From: Candidatus Tayloriibacteriota bacterium
GTDB taxonomy: Bacteria; Patescibacteriota; Minisyncoccia; Phycocordibacterales; PALSA-1337
NCBI GenBank assembly: GCA_016215455.1
Contig: JACRJP010000003.1
Coordinates: forward strand, 124-64,123
Length of the DNA: 64,000 nucleotides
Direction of reading: 5' to 3'
The notes below the pieces were generated by a model. That model was not told the origin of the DNA. It did no database searches and saw only the letters and a program-made list of their open reading frames with translations. This document shows positions 47,922 through 59,121 of this stretch, piece by piece. Within the stretch, counting starts at the first letter, position 1. Each line of letters opens with the position of its first letter. Made by a program: the position numbers and the translations under genes.

Positions 47922-49067
47922 ATGAATTTCATTCGAAATTGGCTTACCAAGGCACGAAACCCCCATAATCCCCTCATTACCGTAGCATTATCAAAAGCTG
48001 CCCTTCTTCACAATCTTAAGGAGTTTCAACAACTTTCTCCTGCGGTAGCACCGGTGCTCAAAGGCAATGCATACGGACATGGCCTTATCGAAATAGCTTC
48101 TATTCTTGAAAAAGAACATCTCCCTCTTTTTATTGTTGATTCATACACTGAGGCACGTTCTCTTCGTGCGGCGGGAATTACAACCCCCCTTCTTATTATT
48201 GGTTTTACCAAAACAGAAACAATTCGAAAATCAAAACTCCCTCACACATCATTTGTTGTCACAAGTTATGAAGCCCTAGAAGAATACGCACAACTTCTTA
48301 AAAAGCCGACAAAAATTCATCTTAAAATAGATACAGGGATGTGTCGCCAAGGAATTACTCTTGATCAAACACAGCAAGCAATTGACCTTATTAAAAAATC
48401 TCCTCATCTTATTCTTGAAGGAATATGTTCACACTTTGCTGATGCTGATAATCTTGATACAAGTTTCACTCAAAATCAGATCGATGTCTGGAATGACTGC
48501 GTCGACCTCTTCATGAAACATTTTTTAACGCTATCGTACTATCACACCAGCAACACAGCAGGACATGCGTATATCCGCCAAGCACGATCAAATATAAGTC
48601 GACTTGGAATTGGACTCTATGGTCTTACAGGAAATGGCGCGATAGATACCATGATTTCTTTACAACCCGTCATGAAAGTTACTACAAGTATTACAGGAAC
48701 GAAAAATATTCCAACAAATTCTAAAGTAGGTTATAACGGAACGTTCACTACAACCTCTCCAACCAAACTTGCAACGATTCCCATGGGATACTTTGAGGGT
48801 GTCGACCGACGACTTTCAAATAAAGGAATGGTGATGATTGGGGATACAGCAGCAAAGATAGCTGGGCGCGTTAGTATGAATATTACTATTCTCGATATTA
48901 CCAACATTCCTGATGTCGATAACATCAAACTCGGTACCGAAGTTACAGTTATAAGTTCACGTGAAAGTGACCCTAACTCAATCGTTAATATAGCAAAAAC
49001 ATGCGGTACTATTCCGTACGAAATAGCAGTACATGTTAATGCTGCGTTACAGCGTATAGTTATCTAA
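47922..49067 (+). CDS. alr: Alanine racemase
   Basis: PLP-lysine motif VLKGNAYGHG. C-terminal beta-domain. Confidence 0.85.
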   Translation: MNFIRNWLTKARNPHNPLITVALSKAALLHNLKEFQQLSPAVAPVLKGNAYGHGLIEIASILEKEHLPLFIVDSYTEARSLRAAGITTPLLIIGFTKTETIRKSKLPHTSFVVTSYEALEEYAQLLKKPTKIHLKIDTGMCRQGITLDQTQQAIDLIKKSPHLILEGICSHFADADNLDTSFTQNQIDVWNDCVDLFMKHFLTLSYYHTSNTAGHAYIRQARSNISRLGIGLYGLTGNGAIDTMISLQPVMKVTTSITGTKNIPTNSKVGYNGTFTTTSPTKLATIPMGYFEGVDRRLSNKGMVMIGDTAAKIAGRVSMNITILDITNIPDVDNIKLGTEVTVISSRESDPNSIVNIAKTCGTIPYEIAVHVNAALQRIVI

Positions 49068-49081
49068 TTCACCCAAATTTG

Positions 49082-49165
49082 TGCGCAGAGTAGGATTTGA
49101 ACCTACGTAGCCCATAGGGCGACAGATTTACAGTCTGTTGCGATTGACCACTCCGCCATCTGCGC
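49082..49165 (-). tRNA. tRNA-Tyr (anticodon GUA), type II
   Basis: Acceptor GCGCAGA/TCTGCGC, anticodon loop TGTAAAT, long variable arm, T-loop TTCAAAT. Confidence 0.8.
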
Positions 49166-49248
49166 ATTTCAAGAACCCTGACATCATATCTTAAATAGAG
49201 CCTTATTTCAAGACAAATACCAAGATATACATCTAAGGGTTCTTGAGA

Positions 49249-51957
49249 TTACCCTAATACCCCTTCAATTTCTCGTTCTTTCACTCCTGAAGTTATATTT
49301 TTTCTTCCTCCTTTTTTCACATCAAATGTAAATTCATCAGTCACCTTCCCTGTTTTGTCAGTCTTAATATCCACATTGATTGTGCCTCCTTTCATCACTC
49401 CTTGAGAAATAATAAGTGAAGCAACTGGTGTGAGTATCTTATTTTGAATAATACGTCGAAGAGGTCGAGCACCGTACTGAGGATTGTATCCTTCCTTTGC
49501 AAGATATGTAAGCACTGCATCAGAAACAGAAAGTGTAATTTCTTTTGCCTTAAGTCGTGCAACAATCTGATCAACTTGAATCTTCACAATTGAGATAATT
49601 GATTCCTTACTCAAAATATCGAAGAGAATAATATCATCAACTCGGTTCAAGAATTCTGGTCGGAAATAGTCCTTGAGACTTCCCATCACTTTTGTTTTAG
49701 CTTCAGTATAGTTATCAGTATCAGATGCACTTACATCCTTAGCGAAGCCGAGTTTCTCCATCTTTTCAATATATTGAGCACCAATGTTTGATGTCATGAT
49801 AATAACTGTATTCTTGAAGTTTACGACACGACCCTTTGAGTCAGTAAGTCGTCCATTATCAAGAACCTGAAGAAGAATGTTGAATACTTCAGGATGTGCC
49901 TTCTCGATTTCATCAAAGAGAATGACTGAATATGGTCGATGACGAACTCGTTCAGTAAGTCCACCTCCCTCATCATATCCGACATAACCTGGAGGAGCAC
50001 CGATGAGTTTTGCAACTGAATGTTTCTCCATGAACTCTGACATGTCAACACGAATGAGAGCCTTATCATCATCAAACAAGAATTCAGCAAGCGCTCGTGT
50101 TAATTCTGTTTTACCAACTCCTGTTGGACCAAGGAAAATAAATGAACCGATTGGACGATTAGGATCAGCGATACCTGCGCGTGATCGCTTGATAGTATCT
50201 GCAATCTTTTTAACTGCTTCATTTTGACCAACAATACGTTTCTTAAGCTCATCTTCCATACGTGTAAGCTTTGACGCCTCCTCTTCAAGCATGCGTGATA
50301 CAGGAATACCTGTCCATCGTGAGACAACGTCAGCAATATCTTGTTCAGTAATCTCTTCTTTAAGAATTCGACGAGACGCTTGAAGTTTTTTCAAACGCTT
50401 ACTCTTCAATTCAAGATCCTTTTCAAGGGTTGGGATTTTGCCATAACGAATTTCTGCAGCCTTTGCAAGATCAGCATGTGCTTCAGCAGCTTCAGCTTCA
50501 AGACGAAGAACCTCAAGATCTTTTTTGATCTGTTTGATATGTACGATAGTTTCTTTCTCATTCTTCCACTTAAGTTCGAGTTCAGATGTACTTTCTTTAA
50601 GATTCGCAATATCCTCATCAATCTTTTCTTTACGAACCTTAGCATTCTTATTGTGTTCCTTTTTAAGGGCTTCACGTTCAATTTCAAGACGCATAATCTT
50701 ACGACGAGTTTCCTCGAGTTCTGGAGGCATGTTTTCAAGAGAAATCTTAAGTGCAGAAGCAGCTTCGTCAATGAGATCAACTGTCTTATCAGGCAAGAAA
50801 CGATCACTAATATATCGTGATGAGAGATTTACCGCAGCGATAATAGCATCATCAGTGATACGAACACCATGATATAACTCGTACTTTTCCTTAAGACCTC
50901 GAAGAATTGCAATCGCATCTTCTTCAGATGGTTCATTTACGTACACAGGTTGGAATCGACGAGTGAGCGCTGGATCTTTCTCAATATGTTTCTGATACTC
51001 GCGAATAGTTGTTGCACCGATCGCACGGAGCTCTCCTCGAGAAAGAGCTGGCTTCAACATATTTGAAGCATCCATTGAACCTTCAGATGCACCAGCACCA
51101 ACAAGTGTATGGATTTCATCGATAAAAAGAATAATCTTACCTTCTGAGCGCTCAATTTCTTTCAAAATATTCTTGAGACGCTCTTCAAATTCTCCACGAT
51201 ACTTTGTACCTGCAATAAGAGAACCAAGATCAAGTGAAACAAGCTCCTTATCCTTCAGAGACTCAGGAACATCACCTGCTGCAATACGAATAGCAAGACC
51301 TTCAGCAATAGCTGTCTTACCTACTCCAGCTTCACCGATTAAAATCGGATTGTTTTTTGTACGACGTGAGAGGATTTGGATGACACGAAGAATTTCTGTA
51401 TCACGACCAATGACGGGGTCGAGCTTATTTTCCCGAGCAAGTTTAGTAAGACTTCGTGCATATTTTGCAAGAGTACGAAACTGCTTTGGTTTTGTACCAT
51501 CACCAACTTGTGATGTACGAAGTTCTTCGATAATCCCAAGAACAGCATCCTTCTCAATCTTAAATTTAGAAAGGAGTTCTTTTGCAGGACCTGATATTTC
51601 AAGAGCAGCAACAAAGAGATGTTCTGTTGAAATAAATTCATCTTTAAGAGTTGTCGCGACCTTACCAGCACCTTCAAGAATCTGTGCGAGATCAGGAGTT
51701 AAATAAATTTGGTATGAAGGTGAAAGTGTCGTATTTGATTGAGGCGCTTCAATTGTCTCAAGAATCATATCTGTCAGTGCAGTAACATCGACTTCAAGTC
51801 GTTCAAGGATCGATGTCACCATACTCTCATCCTGAAGAATGAGAGCCGAGAGAAGATGAAGTGGGTTTACATGATTTTGACCACGCTCTATGGCAAATTC
51901 ATGAGCGCGTCGTATAGCTTCCTTAGCTTTAGTTGTGAAATTTTGAAATGGAGGCAT
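49249..51957 (-). CDS. clpB: ATP-dependent chaperone ClpB
   Basis: Two AAA+ modules ([15 protein letters not shown]; [15 protein letters not shown]), long coiled-coil M-domain, Clp N-domain. No ClpP-binding IGF loop was sought. Confidence 0.9.
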   Translation of the reverse strand: MPPFQNFTTKAKEAIRRAHEFAIERGQNHVNPLHLLSALILQDESMVTSILERLEVDVTALTDMILETIEAPQSNTTLSPSYQIYLTPDLAQILEGAGKVATTLKDEFISTEHLFVAALEISGPAKELLSKFKIEKDAVLGIIEELRTSQVGDGTKPKQFRTLAKYARSLTKLARENKLDPVIGRDTEILRVIQILSRRTKNNPILIGEAGVGKTAIAEGLAIRIAAGDVPESLKDKELVSLDLGSLIAGTKYRGEFEERLKNILKEIERSEGKIILFIDEIHTLVGAGASEGSMDASNMLKPALSRGELRAIGATTIREYQKHIEKDPALTRRFQPVYVNEPSEEDAIAILRGLKEKYELYHGVRITDDAIIAAVNLSSRYISDRFLPDKTVDLIDEAASALKISLENMPPELEETRRKIMRLEIEREALKKEHNKNAKVRKEKIDEDIANLKESTSELELKWKNEKETIVHIKQIKKDLEVLRLEAEAAEAHADLAKAAEIRYGKIPTLEKDLELKSKRLKKLQASRRILKEEITEQDIADVVSRWTGIPVSRMLEEEASKLTRMEDELKKRIVGQNEAVKKIADTIKRSRAGIADPNRPIGSFIFLGPTGVGKTELTRALAEFLFDDDKALIRVDMSEFMEKHSVAKLIGAPPGYVGYDEGGGLTERVRHRPYSVILFDEIEKAHPEVFNILLQVLDNGRLTDSKGRVVNFKNTVIIMTSNIGAQYIEKMEKLGFAKDVSASDTDNYTEAKTKVMGSLKDYFRPEFLNRVDDIILFDILSKESIISIVKIQVDQIVARLKAKEITLSVSDAVLTYLAKEGYNPQYGARPLRRIIQNKILTPVASLIISQGVMKGGTINVDIKTDKTGKVTDEFTFDVKKGGRKNITSGVKEREIEGVLG

Positions 51958-52018
51958 ATATAAAAATAATAATGATTATTTTATAAACTGTCAATACACT
52001 CGGTAGCTTCCCTCACCT

Positions 52019-52879
52019 TTACTGAACTGCAGCCGATGATGTGGCGGTCTTTGGAACATTTAACGCACTGACAACCTGAAGAACACGAGGAGCGGGAAGA
52101 AATTCATTTGATACCTCCGAATTAACTGACTGTGTCTTCATGCCCACGAATTCTCCTGAGAGAGAAAACAATGAACTTCCCATCGAAAGAGCATGATTGT
52201 TATTACTAAACGAAATACTCTTAGGAATCATTGCTACTGTCGAAGTTCCCTCTGATCCTTGCTGAACGTTCTGAATTATACCCTGATAGACTGAGATTTC
52301 CTTAGTTCCTCCTAATAAGAGTAGTGTGGCACCAAGCTTTATGTTTGCACTGGTTACAAAAGTGACGGGAGTAAATACAGTGGTCTTCTTTTGTGCTTCA
52401 GTGAGAGATGGTGTGAGGAACGCAATATCACTTCCTTGAGATGCATTGATAACTTCTGCAGGATAACGAACTCCATCTGAAGTCACAATGAAATACGATC
52501 CTGGTACTGCTGTCACAATTCTATCAGTAGCAACTTTTCCATCTTTTGCTACGATCACTCCATACCCTTCAATAATTTCTCCAGCATTTGCAAGTGTTCG
52601 AATAATTTTAACAGTACTCTTCATTGCTTTTTGAGTTGCTGCGGCCGTAACATCTTCATAAGTAAAGACGGGTGCCTTTACCACTGCGGCGGGTGCAGGT
52701 TCAGCGGGAACGACACGTTCAACTGTTCGTTCAACCACTCGGTTGATAGTTTGAGTAACCCCTTGTGGTGCCTGATCCATGAGAGACACTGTAAAAATAC
52801 CCGTTGCCATTGAGGTAACAAAACTCACGAAGAGTGTGAGAAGTACAATTTGTTGTTTCGTGAGATTTTCCATGCCCAC
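52019..52879 (-). CDS. Membrane-anchored trypsin-like (S1C/HtrA-fold) protein, possibly catalytically degenerate
   Basis: N-terminal TM. GSDIAFL (Asp-box-like) and MGSSLFSLSGEFVGM (GNSGGPL-like), but no clear catalytic His recognised. Confidence 0.35.
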   Translation of the reverse strand: MGMENLTKQQIVLLTLFVSFVTSMATGIFTVSLMDQAPQGVTQTINRVVERTVERVVPAEPAPAAVVKAPVFTYEDVTAAATQKAMKSTVKIIRTLANAGEIIEGYGVIVAKDGKVATDRIVTAVPGSYFIVTSDGVRYPAEVINASQGSDIAFLTPSLTEAQKKTTVFTPVTFVTSANIKLGATLLLLGGTKEISVYQGIIQNVQQGSEGTSTVAMIPKSISFSNNNHALSMGSSLFSLSGEFVGMKTQSVNSEVSNEFLPAPRVLQVVSALNVPKTATSSAAVQ

Positions 52880-52899
52880 ATCATAGCAAACTGCGCTAC

Positions 52900-54081
52900 T
52901 TATTCAAGTTTTGCGAGAGGTAGAACTTTTTTCAAAACTTTTGCAAACTTTTTAATATCACCACGTGTTGTTATTCGGCCAAACGAGAGACGAATTGATG
53001 ACATGGTTGCTGCGCCAATTGCTTTCATAACATACGATTCATCACTATCACGTAGACATGAACTTTTAGTTGAGCAAGCAATTCCATGAGCATCAAGTCG
53101 AAGCATGAGAGACTCGGCATCATAGCCTGGAAATTCAATATTCAGTATATGTGGAGACACAAGAGCTGCGGCTCCATGAGCGTGTGCTGTAGGAAGAATT
53201 TGTACACATTGATCACTAGCAAATTTTCGAAGGTCTGTAAGACGAGCTATTTCAACAACTCTTTCCTTTTGAGCAATTTCTAATGCGTATACAAATCCCA
53301 TGATTGATGGAACATTTTCGGTTCCCGAACGCAGTCCTTTTTCTTGTCCTCCTCCGTATATAGTAGGTGCACACACTACACCTCGACGAATATAGAGCAT
53401 TCCAATTCCCTTTGGACCATATACTTTATGAGCATCAAGCGTAAGAAGATCAGCTCCTAGTTTTTCGAGATTAACTTCATTACACAAAAATGCTTGGCTC
53501 GCGTCAGTATGAAAATATGGAAAAGCTTTTCCAGATTCCTTGCGAACATGTCGAATGGTTCGAATAATTTCTTCAAGAGGCTGTACTGTTCCTATTTCAT
53601 TATTCACATACTGTACTGAAACAAGAGTTGTGGTTGGAGAAAGTTTCTTTTTAAATTCTTCGATATCGAGTACACCTTCATGTGTTACACCAATAACATC
53701 AAGCTTCGCACCTCGTCGCTCCAATTCATAGAAACATTCGAGTACTGATGTATGTTCAATCGAAGAAGTAATAATATGAATATCTGAGATAGAGATTCCT
53801 GCATTCAAACACGCCTGCACGACTCCCATGATGCCAATATTATTTGCTTCAGTTCCAGTTCCTGTAAAAATAATTTCATCTGCATGAGCACGAAGAAGTT
53901 CTGCAACTTTTTTCTTTGCTGTATCAAGTGCAGCATGAGCAGCGACACCTTCACGATGTAGTGAAGATGGATTACCTATCTCATTTCGATACCATTTCTT
54001 CATGTGAGAAAGCACCCGAGGGTCAGTCGGAGTCAATGAAGCGTGGTCAAGATATACTCTGCTATTGAAAAAATGAAACAT
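52900..54081 (-). CDS. Cysteine desulfurase (aminotransferase class V, NifS/IscS-like)
   Basis: SSIEHTSVL, LDAHKVYGPKGIGMLYIRRG (PLP-Lys), C-terminal SSCL active-site Cys loop (CSTKSSCL). Confidence 0.8.
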   Translation of the reverse strand: MFHFFNSRVYLDHASLTPTDPRVLSHMKKWYRNEIGNPSSLHREGVAAHAALDTAKKKVAELLRAHADEIIFTGTGTEANNIGIMGVVQACLNAGISISDIHIITSSIEHTSVLECFYELERRGAKLDVIGVTHEGVLDIEEFKKKLSPTTTLVSVQYVNNEIGTVQPLEEIIRTIRHVRKESGKAFPYFHTDASQAFLCNEVNLEKLGADLLTLDAHKVYGPKGIGMLYIRRGVVCAPTIYGGGQEKGLRSGTENVPSIMGFVYALEIAQKERVVEIARLTDLRKFASDQCVQILPTAHAHGAAALVSPHILNIEFPGYDAESLMLRLDAHGIACSTKSSCLRDSDESYVMKAIGAATMSSIRLSFGRITTRGDIKKFAKVLKKVLPLAKLE

Positions 54082-54151
54082 ATGTGTGATGTAACGAGTA
54101 TATCCACAAATTCCTTTGCTGGCAAAAGCATATCACGTATATACTGTACAC

Positions 54152-54619
54152 ATGCCTACAGACATCACATCCATTCTTATCGGTGCTCTCATACTATGTG
54201 TCATCATTCTTGCGACACTCGTCATTCGACTTGAAATCAAACTCAAGCGCTTTTTAGTTGCAAAAGGTGCAGTATCAATCGATGACTCTCTCACCAAACT
54301 CTCTAGTGACACAAAAGAATTACAAACCTTCCGTACCGAACTCGAAAGCTATCTCAAGACTGTCGAAAAGCGTCTACGACGAAGTGTTCAATCAATTCAT
54401 ACTATTCGTTTCAATCCATTCAAAGGAACAGGAAGTGGTGGTAACCAAAGTTTTGCGACTGCATTTATGAATGAAGATGGTGACGGTGTTGTTATTTCAA
54501 GTCTCTACTCACGAGAACATGTGAGTGTCTTCTCAAAACCTGTTAAAAAGTCTGCATCTGAATACGAACTCACTGTTGAGGAAAAAACAGCGCTCACGGA
54601 AGCAAAAAAGACTCTCTAG
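54152..54619 (+). CDS. DUF4446-like membrane-anchored protein
   Basis: N-terminal TM then RFNPFKGTGSGGNQSFATAFMNEDGDGVVISSLYSREH matches my recollection of DUF4446. Confidence 0.45.
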   Translation: MPTDITSILIGALILCVIILATLVIRLEIKLKRFLVAKGAVSIDDSLTKLSSDTKELQTFRTELESYLKTVEKRLRRSVQSIHTIRFNPFKGTGSGGNQSFATAFMNEDGDGVVISSLYSREHVSVFSKPVKKSASEYELTVEEKTALTEAKKTL

Positions 54620-54627
54620 CAGCAACA

Positions 54628-54656
54628 TTGACAACTAGTCAAATATATGCTATTAT
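54628..54656 (+). promoter_or_regulatory. Sigma70-like promoter (TTGACA-N17-TATTAT) at the start of a GC-rich islet
   Basis: Exact -35, near-consensus -10. Confidence 0.4.
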
Positions 54657-54777
54657 GGCTTCGAATAGCCCTTTTACAACACGTATGGAAATACGTTGCA
54701 TTGCCGTGTGGCTGTGCATTGTTTGGGCTTTCTTTGTTAGTGAAAAGGACCTCTGAATCTACTCCCGCCATGACTCC

Positions 54778-54958
54778 CCAAAAACTTCTCATTACCCTTT
54801 GTGTGTTGGGTGCCGCAATCATCACTGTGATGGTCGTCACTCCGAAGCGTCAGGTTGTCGCAGGACAACCCGCTGTCACAGAAACCAACATCATCAATCT
54901 CAAGGCTCACGCGACTGTGAGCTTTGGAACACCAACAACGAACAACATCAATAAGTAG
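54778..54958 (+). CDS. Small signal-anchored protein (60 aa), uncertain
   Basis: MTPQKLLITLCVLGAAIITVMVV... Start chosen downstream of the promoter. The track ORF 54647..54958 begins inside the promoter. Confidence 0.25.
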
Positions 54959-55005
54959 TCCTCAACAAGCATCACAAGCAACGCAACCTCTCAACAAATC
55001 CCACA

Positions 55006-56130
55006 ATGAAACTCAATACCGTCCTGGCCAAGCTTGCCTTGGCACTCGCCCTCATCACCATGTCCGCCACGACTCGCTCCCTCGCGATCGAGTCTGTCGA
55101 GTCCTCATCGCGCCCAGCTGTGGAAGCCATCCCGCTTCCCACGCATCTGGCACCCTTCCTCCGCACGGAGGAAGACCTGATCGCGTTTCTCAGCCTGATG
55201 CAGCGGTCGGTCAGTTACGGGCTTTCAGCCAATAGCGGACAGACCTGGGAGAACAGTTCGGGTCGCAAGGTCTGGACTCAAGCTCCCTCGCAACAGGAAA
55301 TCATCGATACCATCGAGGCATCGAACCTCAACATCGGCGTGTTGAACCCGAACGATCGTGTGTCCTTCTGGACCTACACCTACGACGGACAGGGACGTCC
55401 TTTGTTCAGCGCCGGCGACTCAAAGTTGCCATTCAACGACAAAGGTGGTTGGAGTTTGCCCGAGTTCCATCTGAACTTCCGGCCCTACTACCAGTTCCCC
55501 CTGCCGCGCTACGAAGGCGTTTATGCGGCCGAGATCCTGGCAACCGACGCCCAAGGCCGCACCCGCGACCAGGAATGGTTCAACCAAGACGACGACGGCG
55601 TGATCCTGATGGACAGCTACCTCGCCAGGAAAAACCTCACTGGGTTCCTCGTCTTCCACATGGAGGACGGTTCCTCGCGGAGCTATGACCTCACAACGGG
55701 CAACGAAGTGTCCCAGACCAATCTGACGGCCGGAGCGAAGGCTTCGTTCGACGGCTCGGTCTCCTTCAAGGACGAAAACATCGTGCTCAAGCTCGACAGC
55801 GAGAACGGAATTGGCGAAAAGAAAAACGTTCAACTCCGCACGACGGTCAAAGGGACCTACAAAATCAAAGTCAGCACCGCGGAGGGCAAGTATCCCTTGC
55901 ACTACCGCGTGTATGCCGAAGAGAATGGCGTCATTGCAGCTGACAACATCCACTACGGCGAGAACGAAAACGGACAGACCGGAATCGAACTCGACTTCCC
56001 GATCGGCCTCTTTACCTTTGTGCCGGTCTGGAACGTGGCCGATTTCCGCGAACCGGGCGACTGCCCGCCGGGCTACACATGCTCGGGCGACGGTTACGGC
56101 AAGGGTGTGGTGGAACCCGCCACCAAGTAA
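55006..56130 (+). CDS. GC-rich secreted hypothetical protein (signal peptide; no recognisable domain), likely horizontally acquired
   Basis: 374 aa. Signal peptide MKLNTVLAKLALALALITMSATTRSLA. About 58% GC with GC3-rich codons, unlike flanking genes. Followed by an intrinsic terminator. Confidence 0.6.
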   Translation: MKLNTVLAKLALALALITMSATTRSLAIESVESSSRPAVEAIPLPTHLAPFLRTEEDLIAFLSLMQRSVSYGLSANSGQTWENSSGRKVWTQAPSQQEIIDTIEASNLNIGVLNPNDRVSFWTYTYDGQGRPLFSAGDSKLPFNDKGGWSLPEFHLNFRPYYQFPLPRYEGVYAAEILATDAQGRTRDQEWFNQDDDGVILMDSYLARKNLTGFLVFHMEDGSSRSYDLTTGNEVSQTNLTAGAKASFDGSVSFKDENIVLKLDSENGIGEKKNVQLRTTVKGTYKIKVSTAEGKYPLHYRVYAEENGVIAADNIHYGENENGQTGIELDFPIGLFTFVPVWNVADFREPGDCPPGYTCSGDGYGKGVVEPATK

Positions 56131-56184
56131 CGGGTGGATCCATACGTGAAGAAGTGAAGACCATCCTTCGGGATGAGTCTGCGA

Positions 56185-56225
56185 AGCGCCGCGGAGACAA
56201 TACATCCACGGCGCCTTTTATTTTC
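56185..56225 (+). terminator. Rho-independent terminator
   Basis: GCGCCG-CGGAGACAATACATCCA-CGGCGC followed by CTTTTATTTT. Confidence 0.6.
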
Positions 56226-56281
56226 ATAATCTATAGATTAAACTTCTAAAAAGTTGATAAAAAGCCATTTTTCTGGTACTG

Positions 56282-57832
56282 TTGTACCCACGTATGGCTC
56301 AATCTCCTACTCCAAAAAACAAAGCAAATAAGTCCGTGGTGACAGGAAGCACCATACCTCGTCCACCGGTGGTTGTTGTCATGGGTCACATCGACCACGG
56401 CAAATCTACCCTTCTCGACTTTATCCGCAAAGCAAACGTTGTTGCAGGTGAAGCAGGTGGAATTACACAACACCTCGGTGCATATGAAGTTCACCACACA
56501 ACAGCTGAAGGCAAGGCTGGTGTTATTACTTTTCTTGATACTCCTGGCCACGAAGCATTTTGTGATATTCGAACTCGAGGATCACAAGTCGCAGATATCG
56601 CTGTGCTTGTTGTCTCTGCAGAAGATGGTGTGAAGCCACAAACACTTGAAGCTCTCTCATGCATCAAAGCAGAAGAACTTCCGTACGTTGTTGCGATTAA
56701 TAAAATCGACAAACCCGGAGCAAATATTGAACGAACAAAACAAAATCTCGCAGAACATGAAATATATGTTGAAGGTTACGGAGGAGATATCCCTGTTGTT
56801 CCAATTTCAGCCCTTACAGGTCAAGGTGTTCCTGAGCTTCTCGACATGCTCATTCTCGTTGCAGAACTCGAAAATCTTTCAGGAGATCCTACAGCGGTAG
56901 CATCAGGTGCTGTGATCGAAGGTAGTCTTCATCCAAAGAAAGGTATCTCTGCCTCCCTTCTCATCAAGAATGGAACTCTTCGTGTCGGAACTTTCGTTGT
57001 TGCACACGACGCAATTTCTCCAGTTCGTATTCTTGAAGATCATCTTGGTAAGGCAGTTAAGGAAGCAACATTCTCAAGTCCTGTAAAAGTCATTGGCTGG
57101 GACAAACTTCCTCTTGCTGGTACACCATTCATTGTTGTCGAAAATAAAAAAGAAGCAGAAGAAATTGCTGCAAAGAATGCACAACAAAATCCTATTACAA
57201 CTGACAACACTGTCTATGCTGAAGGCACTATCGTAATTCCTATTATCATCAAAGCCGATGTTGTTGGAAGTCTCGAAGGTATTCAATTTGAACTCAAGAA
57301 AATCAAGCATGACAAGGTAAAGATCAAGATCATCGCAGCAGGTATTGGTGAAATTAGTGAACGTGATGTTAAGGTTGCTCAAAGTACTCCCGATACTATC
57401 CTCATTGCATTCAACGTAAAGCCTGACGCAAAAGCAAAATCTCTCCTTGAACGAACCCCGATCAATGTTCAGTCATTTAATGTAATCTACAACATCACTG
57501 AATATCTCCAAAAGCTCGCTACTTCAAAAATTCCAAAGGAATACATCGACCAGTCTATTGGTAAAGCCAAAATTCTTCAGGTATTTAGTAAAAATAAGGA
57601 CAAACAGATTGTTGGAGGTAAAGTGCAAGAAGGAGAAATTCGACTTGGTGGTGAAGTAAAGATTCTCCGACGTGATATTGAAATTGGTCGTGGTCGTATT
57701 AAGGAACTTCAGCAACAAAAAGTTAAAGCACAAGAAGTTCGTGAAGGCTATGAATTCGGTACTCTCATCGAATCAAAAATTGAGATAGCTCAGGGCGATA
57801 AAGTGGAATGTTTTGAAACTGTAGAAAAATAA
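56282..57832 (+). CDS. infB: Translation initiation factor IF-2 (short form, G-domain onward)
   Basis: [16 protein letters not shown] (G1), DTPGHEAF (G3), NKID (G4). C-terminal beta-barrel domains. 516 aa, lacking long N-terminal domains. Confidence 0.9.
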   Translation: MYPRMAQSPTPKNKANKSVVTGSTIPRPPVVVVMGHIDHGKSTLLDFIRKANVVAGEAGGITQHLGAYEVHHTTAEGKAGVITFLDTPGHEAFCDIRTRGSQVADIAVLVVSAEDGVKPQTLEALSCIKAEELPYVVAINKIDKPGANIERTKQNLAEHEIYVEGYGGDIPVVPISALTGQGVPELLDMLILVAELENLSGDPTAVASGAVIEGSLHPKKGISASLLIKNGTLRVGTFVVAHDAISPVRILEDHLGKAVKEATFSSPVKVIGWDKLPLAGTPFIVVENKKEAEEIAAKNAQQNPITTDNTVYAEGTIVIPIIIKADVVGSLEGIQFELKKIKHDKVKIKIIAAGIGEISERDVKVAQSTPDTILIAFNVKPDAKAKSLLERTPINVQSFNVIYNITEYLQKLATSKIPKEYIDQSIGKAKILQVFSKNKDKQIVGGKVQEGEIRLGGEVKILRRDIEIGRGRIKELQQQKVKAQEVREGYEFGTLIESKIEIAQGDKVECFETVEK

Positions 57833-57845
57833 GTATAATAACCCC

Positions 57846-58178
57846 ATGTCAGAGAAAGATGAACGATTAAAGGATGTATTGAAGACTCTTGCCGCTGAAT
57901 TTGTTCAGCGAGAGTCGAATGGTATCTCCCTTATCACTATCACTGACGTTGCAATCGCAGATCGTGGAGGTCGTGCAACTATTTACTTTACCGTACTACC
58001 TGAAGACAAAGTAAAAGGTGTACTCGACTTCTTGAAGCGTAAGCGTGCTGAATTTCGTGACTATGTCACTGAAAAATCACGCATTGGTCGTATTCCTTTT
58101 TTCGATTTCGCACTGGATATCGGAGAAAAGAATCGACAGCGCATCGACGAGATTTCAGGTACCATCGCAGCAAATTGA
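57846..58178 (+). CDS. rbfA: Ribosome-binding factor A
   Basis: 110 aa. RLKDVLKTLAAEFVQRE...ITITDVAIADRGGRATIYFTVL. KH-like RbfA pattern. Follows infB as in the nusA-infB-rbfA operon. Confidence 0.75.
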   Translation: MSEKDERLKDVLKTLAAEFVQRESNGISLITITDVAIADRGGRATIYFTVLPEDKVKGVLDFLKRKRAEFRDYVTEKSRIGRIPFFDFALDIGEKNRQRIDEISGTIAAN

Positions 58179-58250
58179 CGTAGTGGCGAAGTTGGTTAAC
58201 GCGACAGTCTGCAAAACTGTTATGCGCCGGTTCGATCCCGGCCTACGTCT
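58177..58250 (+). tRNA. tRNA-Cys (anticodon GCA); overlaps rbfA stop codon by 2 nt
   Basis: Acceptor GACGTAG/CTACGTC, anticodon stem ACAGT/ACTGT, loop CTGCAAA, T-arm GCCGG-TTCGATC-CCGGC, discriminator U. Confidence 0.7.
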
Positions 58251-58269
58251 CACTTCTAACTAAAAGAAT

Positions 58270-58893
58270 CTATATCTGAAAATCATCAGGTGGTACCAAC
58301 TTAAATGTCGCACTATCTCTCTTTGCTTGATTGTATTCTGCAATACTCTTACACCCAATCTGACGAAGTGCACGAAGAAGATATCCGTATGCCTGAGCAG
58401 TACCTTCTATAAAATCTTTTATCGACAAATCTTCGAGTTCAGGATTCTGTTCAAGCATATACGAAATATTCTGTGCATAAGAAAATATTTTTAATTTAGG
58501 AAATACAGAGAATGTCTTACTATCAAGTAAGTTTTTAACAGTTCGAGGAACCGTTAAATCAATTTCTTGTGGATCTTTTGCAGAAAATTCTTCTTTTAAT
58601 ATCCAAGGCTGTTCTGATTTCATCAATGAATGGTGTGCTCGGAGAAAAGGCTCAAAAGAAAAATCATCTTTCATGAGAGTCGCACCCGGTGTTTCAAAAT
58701 TATTATTAATATAATCGACGTAATTTTGAGCGCAGATCTTTGTTAATCGCTCGTGATATTGAGAGCTATACTCTTGATGTGAATCCTGTGTACTACCAGG
58801 ACGTATTTCACCCGATACAGTTGTTTCAAATTGACCAGATCTTACTGGGTCAGGGTTAAGAGGATCAAAACCTTCATTAAATTTCGATATCAT
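58270..58893 (-). CDS. Hypothetical cytoplasmic protein
   Basis: 207 aa. AT-rich native-like composition. No recognisable domain. Confidence 0.45.
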   Translation of the reverse strand: MISKFNEGFDPLNPDPVRSGQFETTVSGEIRPGSTQDSHQEYSSQYHERLTKICAQNYVDYINNNFETPGATLMKDDFSFEPFLRAHHSLMKSEQPWILKEEFSAKDPQEIDLTVPRTVKNLLDSKTFSVFPKLKIFSYAQNISYMLEQNPELEDLSIKDFIEGTAQAYGYLLRALRQIGCKSIAEYNQAKRDSATFKLVPPDDFQI

Positions 58894-58932
58894 GTTTATA
58901 TTTTATCACAAGTATAGTATAACTATATACAA

Positions 58933-59020
58933 GCCCGGGTGGTGGAATGGTATACACGAGAGACTTAAAATCTCTTGCCTCTTATACGGCTTGTGGGTTC
59001 GAGTCCCACCCCGGGCACCA
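58933..59020 (+). tRNA. tRNA-Leu (anticodon UAA), type II, CCA encoded
   Basis: Acceptor GCCCGGG/CCCGGGC, anticodon stem AGAGA/TCTCT, loop CTTAAAA, long variable arm, 3' ACCA. Confidence 0.8.
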
Positions 59021-59121
59021 TTTCAAAATACTATATAGTTGCATCTGTATTAAAATTATTGCATACTTTTCCAAGACCAGTTTCTTGACCTTCCTGACCT
59101 CACACTCAACACACCGTCTGC

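Noticed and set aside
50341-50872. Plus-strand ORFs (159 and 115 aa) antisense to clpB
   Set aside because: Low-complexity translations antisense to a highly conserved gene; an artefact of AT-rich codon usage.
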